64,000 nt of DNA from Candidatus Peregrinibacteria bacterium (GCA_016699755.1 CP065009.1:298098-362097); one strand, 5' to 3'. Counted from the first letter of the stretch, positions 56,077 through 64,000 are shown. Numbers and translations: made by a program. Notes: generated by a model not told the origin, from the letters alone.

Positions 56077-56136
56077 AGAAAGAAGGGTATTTTTTATGGG
56101 AAAATATAATTTGACATAAATAATAAAATCAATAAA

Positions 56137-57060
56137 ATGCTCTCTTATTTTATAATAATGAGGATTTTAGAAGGGAATAATATTTTTAGTAACATACAGC
56201 AGCTTCCACCTTTCTTAGGCAAAGAGGATGAAAGCAATATAATGCGACAGCAAGAATTAGGTATGTGGATCAATTCTCAGTCGGTGCAATTTGGAGAGCT
56301 TGCAGAACAAATAAAGGAGGGTGTTCATTGTACAAATTCTACTCCAGTGGTACTAAAAAACACGGGTATTCAATCTGTTTCAAAAGAAAGCAGAACAGCA
56401 ATAATGATAGGATTTTCTACTTTGTTGGGGCGACCCACCCCAACAGATAAGAGAAATAAAAAAGTTGCGTGGCCGATATCCGTTCCCAAAAATGCGGATA
56501 AAATAAATTTTCGTACTTTTTCAGAACATAATCAGGAAGCAAAACTGCATACAGATTCCCAATACCTTCAGTGTCCAGAGCAAGCGATATCTCTTTGGTC
56601 CATTCATCCTGATGGCTCAGGGGAAGGTTTATCCTATTGTGCAAGTGCACAGGACATTCTTCATGAAATGACGGCTCATTCAGCAGGACAAGAGTCGTTG
56701 CAAATTCTTCAAAGAGAGGATGTTCCATTTCGAGTGCCTTCATCATTTATGCAAGATCCTAATAGTAATCAAACAGAGGTGATTTTCGGGAAAATATTTG
56801 GTCAAAATCCAGTAATGAGATATCGAGAAGATACAATTCATGCAGGCTATGATGCTATCAATCAGATTATGCCTCCTGAAATTGAAAAAGCATTGCAAGA
56901 TATATCTACGGCAATGAACAAGGTGCAAAGTGATTTTTTTCTACTGGAAGCAGGTGATGTACTCTGGATTAATAATCACGATCATCTTCACGCAAGAACT
57001 CCCTTTTCTGATTTAGAGAGATTGCTCTTTAGAATTCGTTATAACTTTTCCCAGCAATAA
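56137..57060 (+). CDS. Fe(II)/2-oxoglutarate dioxygenase, TauD/TfdA (clavaminate-synthase-like) family
   Basis: 'AKLHTDSQY' (HxD) and distal 'WINNHDHLHARTPF' with a trailing Arg, the facial-triad layout of this family. Confidence 0.6.
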   Translation: MLSYFIIMRILEGNNIFSNIQQLPPFLGKEDESNIMRQQELGMWINSQSVQFGELAEQIKEGVHCTNSTPVVLKNTGIQSVSKESRTAIMIGFSTLLGRPTPTDKRNKKVAWPISVPKNADKINFRTFSEHNQEAKLHTDSQYLQCPEQAISLWSIHPDGSGEGLSYCASAQDILHEMTAHSAGQESLQILQREDVPFRVPSSFMQDPNSNQTEVIFGKIFGQNPVMRYREDTIHAGYDAINQIMPPEIEKALQDISTAMNKVQSDFFLLEAGDVLWINNHDHLHARTPFSDLERLLFRIRYNFSQQ

Positions 57061-57809
57061 TGAAATCAATACTCGTTACTGGCGCATCAAGAGGATTGGG
57101 GAAAGGGATTTCTCAATATCTGGACAAAGAAGGACACCGTGTTATCGCTACAGGAAGAGACACTGATTCCCTTCAGACATTGGCTGATCACGGAAATAGC
57201 ATTGAGATATTTACAGCAGATATTTCTACTGCCGAAGGCATAGATACTGTTGTTCAACAAGGAATTCAGCATCAGGTAGATGTCGTGATAAACAATGCTG
57301 GATTTGGGGTTGTTGGAAAACTAAAAGAAATTTCTCGAGAATCCTTACTGAGAATCTTAGAAACAAATTTGGTTGCCCCCATAGAAATCACAAAGGGACT
57401 GCGAAACCAGATAGCAAAAAAACAAGGAAGTTTTGGTTACATTACTTCATTAGCTGGAAAAATGGGATTCCCTGATATGATATCGTACTCTGCTTCAAAA
57501 TTTGGACTTGAAGGAGCAATCGAAAGCCTTCGATATGAATTAGAACCCTTGGGCATAGGATTGACAGTTGTTCGCCCTGGGATGGTTGATACCGATTTTT
57601 TTGATACTGCTGGTTTAACGGAACAAGTAGAGGGAGCAAAGTCAGATGGTTTACTAAAACAGCCCGAAGAAATCGCTCAAGAAATATGTGAAGGAATCCT
57701 GACCAAACAAAGAGAAGTTGTTATCGGGAGTGATAAAGACTTCTTGAGACGATTGCCAAATATCTCTTTTGATGAACGATTAAAAGTTCTCGGAGAAATG
57801 TCTTCATAA
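57060..57809 (+). CDS. short-chain dehydrogenase/reductase (SDR)
   Basis: 'ILVTGASRGLGKGI', 'NNAG', 'YSASK'. Start overlaps the previous stop (TAATG). Confidence 0.85.
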   Translation: MKSILVTGASRGLGKGISQYLDKEGHRVIATGRDTDSLQTLADHGNSIEIFTADISTAEGIDTVVQQGIQHQVDVVINNAGFGVVGKLKEISRESLLRILETNLVAPIEITKGLRNQIAKKQGSFGYITSLAGKMGFPDMISYSASKFGLEGAIESLRYELEPLGIGLTVVRPGMVDTDFFDTAGLTEQVEGAKSDGLLKQPEEIAQEICEGILTKQREVVIGSDKDFLRRLPNISFDERLKVLGEMSS

Positions 57810-57825
57810 TTTTTTTACTTTTGAT

Positions 57826-58836
57826 ATGAATAAAACCATAGATCGACGACTCAAGCCAGAAGAGTATATTGTTACTGGTCAAGAACCCACAGACGAAGAA
57901 GCATATGCAAAATTTTTACACGACCTTACTGATGTTCCGGAATCCCAACCACTCAATGCTATTCCTATTGACCGTGCAGGGATAGCAAACCAATCAAGCA
58001 TCATTCAAATTCGAGATTTTTTTGGAAATACGTTCTCTCATGTTCCTGTAACAATGAAATTAGGAGCAAGCTTAGAAGATCATCGAGGGGTCCACATGTC
58101 TCGTTTTGAAGAAGCATTATTTGCCGCATCAAGAAAAAAATATGACAGTATTGATGAATTTACTCAGGCAATGGCTGAAGAGATTCGCTCTCGACAAAAT
58201 TCAGATACCGCATATGTAAATGCACAGGGGGAATACTTGCACCCACGAAAAACGCGTAAAAGCGAAAAATTCTCTCACGATAAAGTACATCTCTCTAGTA
58301 CTACCGAAAGTATTGGTGACGAATTGCATCAAATAACAGGAGTAAGGGCATACAATATGACCGCCTGCCCTTGTACAAAAACTCATACGAAATATGTTAC
58401 CGTTCCGGCTTTGCGAGAAATGGGGCTTAGTGTTGAGCAAATAAATAAAGTTTTAAATGTGGCACTTACAGGGACTCACACCCAAAGAGGAGAAATCAGT
58501 TTGGTTTTGGATAAAACATCTGATGCCATAACACAAGAAGACATTTATGGTATTTTGGATGATAAAGCACACCTTGTGTATGAATTGCTCAAACGACCTG
58601 ATGAGCACGACCTTGTTATTAGAGCATTGCAAAAACCTCAATTTACTGAGGATGTGGCAAGAGATGTGGCATTGGGAGCATTTGAGTTTTTTGATAAAAA
58701 AGCCCCTGATAATACGAGAGTATGGGTTGAATCAACCCTCAACGACAGCATCCATATTCACGATGTACAGACAGCGATAAATAGTAGCCTTGGACAAATC
58801 AGAAAAGCATTAGCCAACTCTCAACAATCACTATGA
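57826..58836 (+). CDS. GTP cyclohydrolase, FolE2/MptA (COG1469) family
   Basis: 'HRGVHMSRFEE', 'MTACPCTK' and 'GTHTQRGEISL' correspond, as far as I recall, to the conserved HMSRF, CPCS and HNQR blocks of the family. Confidence 0.6.
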   Translation: MNKTIDRRLKPEEYIVTGQEPTDEEAYAKFLHDLTDVPESQPLNAIPIDRAGIANQSSIIQIRDFFGNTFSHVPVTMKLGASLEDHRGVHMSRFEEALFAASRKKYDSIDEFTQAMAEEIRSRQNSDTAYVNAQGEYLHPRKTRKSEKFSHDKVHLSSTTESIGDELHQITGVRAYNMTACPCTKTHTKYVTVPALREMGLSVEQINKVLNVALTGTHTQRGEISLVLDKTSDAITQEDIYGILDDKAHLVYELLKRPDEHDLVIRALQKPQFTEDVARDVALGAFEFFDKKAPDNTRVWVESTLNDSIHIHDVQTAINSSLGQIRKALANSQQSL

Positions 58837-60026
58837 TACCAAAGAATCAACCTGCACAAATTTATGACCTTAATATAGGGGCAAGTATAGTCGGGAGAAA
58901 TGCCTCTCCATATCTTACAAATGAAGACAGAAGAGCATTACAACGCTTAATGTCAGAATTCTCAAATATGTTTCAGGATACAAGAGGAGAAAAACCAGCA
59001 TTGGTAAATACTGATGAATCTTCCTTCAAGCAGGCTACGGCGTTTAGCGAAAGAATAAGAAGACAGTTAGAGGGCCTTCAAGACTATCCAAAAGAGGTAG
59101 TAGTGAGATTGAGAGAATGTCTTGATCAATTTGATGCTCAGGCCCGAAAAGAACATCTAGATAGAGATGGTTTAACGCTGGACAAAGAGCAAGTTGTTCA
59201 TTTATTAGATATTCCAGAGATCCTAGATACATCTCTGTTAAATGAAATAGTTCATAACGAGAGTCAGTGGACCGAGCAACACCATCCTGATGTATTGTCA
59301 CAACTCAGAAATAGGATTGATGCCACTCAGACCCGAGAACTTATACAGGCTTGTGTACAATCTCTGTTTAGAGAAAATATTGATGTTTCTGCGGATATTT
59401 ATACTCAAGATACAGTAGATAGATATTATCTATATTGGTCTACTAATGGTAATGGACTTGATTATGCAACACCATCTCAATACGAACTTGCAACACAGCT
59501 TTCCTTTGATATTCCCCATAATGCAGCTCATTTATTACACTTATCATTTGCTGGTGAACATTCTGTCGAGCAATATATAGACCGGATGAAAGAGAGAACA
59601 TATACAGAAGCTATTGCGGTATTGTCTGAACACCAGATGTACGAACAAGCAGCAGAACAAGGAGAGGTAATAAGAAGCTTTTCTGAGATTCTCAGTATTC
59701 CTATTGATCAACTGTCAGAATGGATAAAACAGGACAGGTCATATGAGTTTCGTCTCCGTCTCGCTCGTCTCTTGTCTGATATAAATACCTTCAATGGAAA
59801 ATCATTTATAGAAAATGTCGCTGCAATTGAAGAAAAACTGTATATCTCACAAAAAGATGCTACCGCAGAAGCCCAGAAATATTATGCTTGGACAGGTTTA
59901 GGAGCAGCCTATACATTGGGATATAATCGGCTCTTATCGCATGGAATACAAAACGCACGAGATGCAATGGCACTCCAAAGTGGAGAATTATTATTTTCGT
60001 GGGAGGATTTTCTTGATTCGAAATAG
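58833..60026 (+). CDS. hypothetical protein (weak DUF885-like C-terminal pattern)
   Basis: ATGA-coupled to the FolE2-like gene. 'DIPHNAAHLLHLSFAGEH' His-rich block, and 'KYYAWTGLGAAYTLGYNRL' resembles the DUF885 'PGQA.sY.iG' block. Low confidence. Confidence 0.35.
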   Translation: MIPKNQPAQIYDLNIGASIVGRNASPYLTNEDRRALQRLMSEFSNMFQDTRGEKPALVNTDESSFKQATAFSERIRRQLEGLQDYPKEVVVRLRECLDQFDAQARKEHLDRDGLTLDKEQVVHLLDIPEILDTSLLNEIVHNESQWTEQHHPDVLSQLRNRIDATQTRELIQACVQSLFRENIDVSADIYTQDTVDRYYLYWSTNGNGLDYATPSQYELATQLSFDIPHNAAHLLHLSFAGEHSVEQYIDRMKERTYTEAIAVLSEHQMYEQAAEQGEVIRSFSEILSIPIDQLSEWIKQDRSYEFRLRLARLLSDINTFNGKSFIENVAAIEEKLYISQKDATAEAQKYYAWTGLGAAYTLGYNRLLSHGIQNARDAMALQSGELLFSWEDFLDSK

Positions 60027-61148
60027 ACTCCATAAAAATAAAATGGCAGCAGCAATTTTTATTCCCAATATAAAATAAATAGCATATTCAATAGTTTCAT
60101 CTAAAAGTATTCCAATAGGTATCTTCGTAAAAAGCAATAGCAATGCTCCCCCTAGGCTTACAATTGAAAAAGAACTCGTAAGCCATTTTTTGGGGACGGT
60201 ATCAGCAATGATACTTTTATAGGCTACTCGATAGATATTTTCCACGAAAAAAAAGAGAAAGAGTGCGAGTGCGGAAAAAATCGGATGAAGAAAAAGTAAG
60301 AAAAAAAATATTGTTGCCTGCATGAGTGCGCCCCATATCAGAATTTTATCTTTTCCCAAAAGAAAAAGAAAAAATGTGCTGAAGTAACTCCCAAGTAGTG
60401 AGCCGATCTTTGCAACGGCATACACTACTCCAAAAAATCCAATAGCGATGCCGGATTGTTCTAATCCGATTTGGAATACACTTTCCCCGCGCTCTTGCAT
60501 TAGCCCCCCTGCGAGTATAAATATCACTGCCAATGGCAATAGTATTTTTGCCTTCATTCCTGTACTATTTTTTCTTACCCATTGCCGTTCACTAGTCCCC
60601 TTGTCATTTGGTAGAAAAAATACGATTGTAATCGAGAAAAGCACTAATAGAAAACCAACAATAAAAGTATGTTGAATATTAATATGAAGAAGTGAGAGAA
60701 ACATATAACTCAATATCATTCCTCCTATCGTCCCAACTTCATCAGCTATTTGAAACTCTCGAAGTAATAATTCAGTCTTTTTTGAATGGAATGTAGAGAG
60801 GAGGAAAGATTCTTCTGTGCCAGAAAGAGATGATAGTCCAAGAGCAAAAAATATTTCGCTGATTAAAAATGTAAAAAAATTATCAGCAAAAGAGAGAATG
60901 AAAAATGATATTCCTAGGGAAAGTAACCCCAATATCATAACCTTTTTTTTGTTCCAAATATCAGCCGCATATGAGCTTGGTATTTCAGAAAGAAGAAGGG
61001 TGATAAATCCTATTGACTGAATAAGGCTTATCTCTAAAAAGGAAAGACCTTGAGAATGTTGAAAAATTATCAATACAGGTATGAGCAATCCGATTGCTCC
61101 ATGTTGCAAGCCTATCCCACAGTAAAATAAATTCCTAGAAAAATTCAT
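59991..61148 (-). CDS. MFS transporter
   Basis: 385 aa, about 12 hydrophobic helices. Convergent 36-nt overlap with the previous gene. Confidence 0.7.
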   Translation of the reverse strand: MNFSRNLFYCGIGLQHGAIGLLIPVLIIFQHSQGLSFLEISLIQSIGFITLLLSEIPSSYAADIWNKKKVMILGLLSLGISFFILSFADNFFTFLISEIFFALGLSSLSGTEESFLLSTFHSKKTELLLREFQIADEVGTIGGMILSYMFLSLLHINIQHTFIVGFLLVLFSITIVFFLPNDKGTSERQWVRKNSTGMKAKILLPLAVIFILAGGLMQERGESVFQIGLEQSGIAIGFFGVVYAVAKIGSLLGSYFSTFFLFLLGKDKILIWGALMQATIFFFLLFLHPIFSALALFLFFFVENIYRVAYKSIIADTVPKKWLTSSFSIVSLGGALLLLFTKIPIGILLDETIEYAIYFILGIKIAAAILFLWSLFRIKKILPRK

Positions 61149-61311
61149 CTTTAATCACTTATTAGTATGCATCACTATCGTAGCACTATATGTTATTGGA
61201 ATGGAACATAATTCACCATATCGTCATAAAGTGACTCCTCAAGTCTACACTTTGAGAATATAAGATCCTATGAAAACTTATTTATGGCTTTATATAGGCA
61301 TAAAACGAGCA

Positions 61312-61386
61312 TGGCTCCCCTTGTGTATGGAAGTTCGAACTATTTTGTTGGAAGAATCAGATTTTGTGGTGCCAAAGATTGTATAG
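61312..61386 (+). repeat. 75-nt direct repeat, copy B
   Basis: 'tggctccccttgtgtatggaagttcgaactatttt...', see copy A. Both copies end with a stop codon at the same aligned position in the same frame. Confidence 0.85.
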
Positions 61387-61447
61387 TTTTTGAAATCTTC
61401 TTTTGCTCTCTGCTGGATCATGCCTGGCAATAGATATTTTTTCTGCT

Positions 61448-62011
61448 TCATAATTTTTCAAGTTCTTTCATGATTGTAAATACCACAGATTCAGCGTTAA
61501 ACTGATCTGTATCTACAGAAAAGACATTTGAATCGAGAAATTCTTTTTGATAATCACAATTCCATAATCGATAGTTTCTATTTATATATTCTTGCACATC
61601 ATCTTTGGAAACATTTCGATACTTTCTTCTATCATCATTACAGGAGCGCTTGAGAAGAGACTCCTTTGAAGCATGGAGATCAAGAATAACTGAAGTATTT
61701 CCGGACTTCTTTATTTGTTGAAACAGATTTCGATATAAAACCATGTATTGTTTAGAATTTCGGTCTAACACTTGTGTGGTAATAAGTACCCCCTCACCCA
61801 CATCGATAAATGATTGTAAGAGATGTTTTCGCAAAGCAAAAATTGAGTTTTTTGCTGCAGTCGTTTTAAAGTCAAAAAGTTCAGTGACGACATCTACAAG
61901 GGCATGATTATGTAAAAAATGAGCATTTGGAATTTGTTTTAAAAGCAGCCTGCCGATAGTGTTTTTTCCTGATGCAGGTGGACCAAAGATACAAATGAGT
62001 TTGACTTTCAT
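61448..62011 (-). CDS. P-loop kinase-like ATPase (AAA_33/shikimate-kinase-like fold)
   Basis: 'CIFGPPASGKNTIGRLL' Walker A. Small single-domain size. Confidence 0.55.
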   Translation of the reverse strand: MKVKLICIFGPPASGKNTIGRLLLKQIPNAHFLHNHALVDVVTELFDFKTTAAKNSIFALRKHLLQSFIDVGEGVLITTQVLDRNSKQYMVLYRNLFQQIKKSGNTSVILDLHASKESLLKRSCNDDRRKYRNVSKDDVQEYINRNYRLWNCDYQKEFLDSNVFSVDTDQFNAESVVFTIMKELEKL

Positions 62012-62051
62012 ATTTTTATTAATAAAATAATATTCTATATTTTATTGAGAA

Positions 62052-62777
62052 ATGCAAACAAATCGTATCGTTACATTTCCAGAATGGGAAATCAATGTTT
62101 CTGATGAGGGTCGGCAAAAAATAAATGCAGTACGTTCAGAGTGTCAAAAAAATCAAAATGTAAATGCACTTTTTTTACAAGGTTCAGCCCTGAGGGGCGA
62201 GGGTGGGGTAAGAAGTGATATTGATTTTATCATCCTGTTTGATTCTGTGTCCGAAAAGGTACATGACTTTGTTCGTAAGTTGTTTGCTGAATTTTCAGAT
62301 ACAGATTATTTTTATTCTTCTATTAGAGAATATCAATCGTATCCTGTTGGTCTAAGGTTTCAGTTCTTTTTATCTCAACAAATTTATGGAGAGCCAGAAA
62401 TACTTGGGCAACCGCCAACAAGCCAAGATCTTTCACAGGTTCTCGCTTATTACTCTTCTTCTTTAAAAGATCAATTGAGGCCTTTGATTTTCCGAAATGA
62501 TTTGTCTGATATTGAGCTTTTCAATAGGGCATATTCTTTATTAAAAAGAGTTGATGACTGTATTATTCGTGTTCAAGATGCTATACAGACAGGAATTTAC
62601 CCTAAACAAAGAGCTCTGATACAAACAGAACCAAATCAAGATGGTCAGCATCTCCTTGAGCTGTTAGATAAATGGCAATCCCAAGGGCATCAACCTGATT
62701 CTCAAGAAATTCGCCAATCAGTTTCTACTATTGATACATTTTTGAGGGAATTTATTGAAAAACATCTGAATACATAA
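62052..62777 (+). CDS. nucleotidyltransferase-domain protein (ANT/AadA-like architecture)
   Basis: 'LFLQGSALRGEGGVRSDIDFIILFD' (GS-x10-DxD Pol-beta NTase motif) plus a helical C-terminal domain. Confidence 0.6.
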   Translation: MQTNRIVTFPEWEINVSDEGRQKINAVRSECQKNQNVNALFLQGSALRGEGGVRSDIDFIILFDSVSEKVHDFVRKLFAEFSDTDYFYSSIREYQSYPVGLRFQFFLSQQIYGEPEILGQPPTSQDLSQVLAYYSSSLKDQLRPLIFRNDLSDIELFNRAYSLLKRVDDCIIRVQDAIQTGIYPKQRALIQTEPNQDGQHLLELLDKWQSQGHQPDSQEIRQSVSTIDTFLREFIEKHLNT

Positions 62778-62833
62778 AAGAAATACTGCTAATTATAAAT
62801 ATTTTATGGCTTTAATAAGCCATAAAATAAGAT

Positions 62834-62908
62834 TGGCTCGGGAGGAAGGATTCGAACCTTCGAATGACGGATTCAGAGTCCGTTGCCTTACCACTTGGCG
62901 ACTCCCGA
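62834..62908 (-). tRNA. tRNA-Gln (anticodon CUG), CCA encoded
   Basis: Minus strand: acceptor TCGGGAG/CTCCCGA, 3-bp D stem GCC-AAGTGGTAA-GGC, anticodon stem ACGGA/TCCGT with loop CTCTGAA, T arm GAAGG-TTCGAAT-CCTTC, then G-CCA. Confidence 0.9.
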
Positions 62909-62936
62909 CCAGATTAAAAAACACTTCAACAGTATG

Positions 62937-63536
62937 TCAGGACATCTTTTGTTTTTCAAACCAATTTTTGATAATTTCCTCAATTTTTTGTGTGACAAAG
63001 CGTGGGTTTCCATCTTGCGTTTGTATCTGAAAATTGCATTCCGGGGCGATTTTCATTTCTTTTTCCATGCTTTCAAGACGGTGTTTCAGCTCTTCTTCCG
63101 AAATAGGTGCTCGTGCCTGTATTCGTTCTATAAGCTGTTTTTTTGTCGGTGGAAGGAGAAATACAGAGAGAAGGTGTTCTGGTGGAATAAACTTTTGAAT
63201 CTCCAAAAAACCCTGAACATCCACTTCTCGAAGGACAACTTTTCCTTCTTTTAAAGAGGGGAGAACCTCCGATTTTAAAACTCCGTATTGATCCTTGCTG
63301 TGTACCAAAGCCCATTCCAAAAAGGCTCCTTCTTGCTTTTTTTCTTCAAATTCCTGGGGTGTCAGGAAGTAGTACGTTTTTCCAGCGGTTTCTCCCTTAC
63401 GAATGGATCGGGTAGTTGCAGACACCGGATATTTCCATTCGGGGTGTTCTTCACGCAGAAAATTGATGGCAGTTCCTTTTCCTACTCCTGAAGGTCCAAT
63501 GATGAGAATGAGGACGCCGCGGAAAAAGCTTGACAT
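62937..63536 (-). CDS. gmk: guanylate kinase
   Basis: 'LILIIGPSGVGKGT', 'ATTRSIRKGETAGKTYYFL', 'ALVHSKDQYG'. ATG 63536 preferred over 63596. Confidence 0.85.
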   Translation of the reverse strand: MSSFFRGVLILIIGPSGVGKGTAINFLREEHPEWKYPVSATTRSIRKGETAGKTYYFLTPQEFEEKKQEGAFLEWALVHSKDQYGVLKSEVLPSLKEGKVVLREVDVQGFLEIQKFIPPEHLLSVFLLPPTKKQLIERIQARAPISEEELKHRLESMEKEMKIAPECNFQIQTQDGNPRFVTQKIEEIIKNWFEKQKMS

Positions 63537-64000
63537 ATTTTTAAAATATTTTTTAAAATTAATTTCGATAGTGAGGAATCGGAAGAAGTTTTCCATGTCA
63601 ACGTACAGGGAAAGAGTTGAAGAATCAAGAATAGTCTGCTATACTTGCCAGAATAGTTCCTTAACACCAAAAGAAAAAGTCGAGAGAGGACAGAACGTAA
63701 AGAGATGATATCTTCTTGAGTTTGCTGCTTGTCCCCTCCCTACTTTTTGATGGCCGATTCGACTCCGGCCGACCACCAAAAAACACCCTCTCTCTCTTAT
63801 ATCTTTAAGAGTGGCAGGGCTAAAAAAAACAAACACAAACCACACACTTTTCTTCTCTTTCAGAAGAAAACAAAATTCCAACAAAAACAAATACAAATAC
63901 CGACCGTTGGAATCGTGAAATGCTTTTAAAAAAGCGAAGGGATTCCAAAGAGGGTAGGGAGAACACGGTATCATGCCAGAGTCGACACGATACCACACGC

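Noticed and set aside
53920-56136. RT locus as an ordinary mobile group II intron
   Set aside because: I found no GUGYG 5' end, no domain V-like hairpin (AGC triad, 2-nt bulge, GNRA loop) within a few hundred nt after the stop, and no domain VI/AY 3' end. The RT also lacks a DNA-binding/endonuclease tail. This needs cmsearch to be final.
54505-61386. Diversity-generating retroelement (RT plus TR/VR pair), with repeats A and B as TR/VR
   Set aside because: RT motif 4 reads 'QGSSLSP' (group II/retron type), not the DGR-type '...SQ'. Of the 17 mismatches between the 75-nt repeats, only 7 fall on adenines of copy A, and they show no A-specific pattern in either direction. No Avd-like gene is present.
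63740-63790. tmRNA or tRNA gene
   Set aside because: 'GATTCGAC' and '...ACCA' resemble tmRNA/tRNA ends. However, the acceptor stem cannot be paired, position 53-61 of the putative T stem mismatches, and a full-length tmRNA on the minus strand would run into gmk.
1-64000. CRISPR array or cas genes
   Set aside because: No regularly spaced short direct repeats anywhere. The only tandem repeat is the 32-nt duplication inside the IS1595 remnant.

Overview
Gene-dense, low-GC bacterial chromosome segment read with the standard genetic code (TGA, TAA and TAG all end recognisable genes). The gene content looks like a Patescibacteria/CPR-type genome: a streamlined housekeeping set, TrbC/VirB2-type pilin-like paralogues, LVIVD-repeat and other large secreted hypotheticals, and a GT/GH57/GH15 glycogen trio. 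That lineage call is inference only. The housekeeping backbone is holB, recF, rmlD, ileS (behind a T-box-like leader), infB, ruvB, prmC, a thrC fusion, two tandem murB, an RSH (p)ppGpp enzyme, htrA, prfA, gmk, two tRNA-Thr and one tRNA-Gln. There are two accessory patches. (1) 35.3-38.6 kb holds a decayed IS1595-type element, a decayed IS3-type element and palindromic repeats around a transglutaminase-like gene. (2) About 52.9-62.9 kb is an A-rich island (by eye) that ends at the 3' end of tRNA-Gln. My best candidate for an undescribed system is in this island. It is a free-standing group-II-intron-like reverse transcriptase (54505-55752) with no recognisable intron ribozyme. About 1 kb of ORF-free, hairpin-rich DNA surrounds it, and four copies of a conserved about 35-nt GGAGTC...GACTCC quasi-palindrome bracket it. 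A five-gene cassette follows (TauD-like dioxygenase, SDR, FolE2-type GTP cyclohydrolase, unknown, MFS), flanked by 75-nt direct repeats. The second most unusual item is an isoleucyl-tRNA synthetase carrying two whole inserted enzyme domains, a histidine phosphatase and a GNAT acetyltransferase. All calls come from reading the sequence and translated ORFs by eye; no searches were run.
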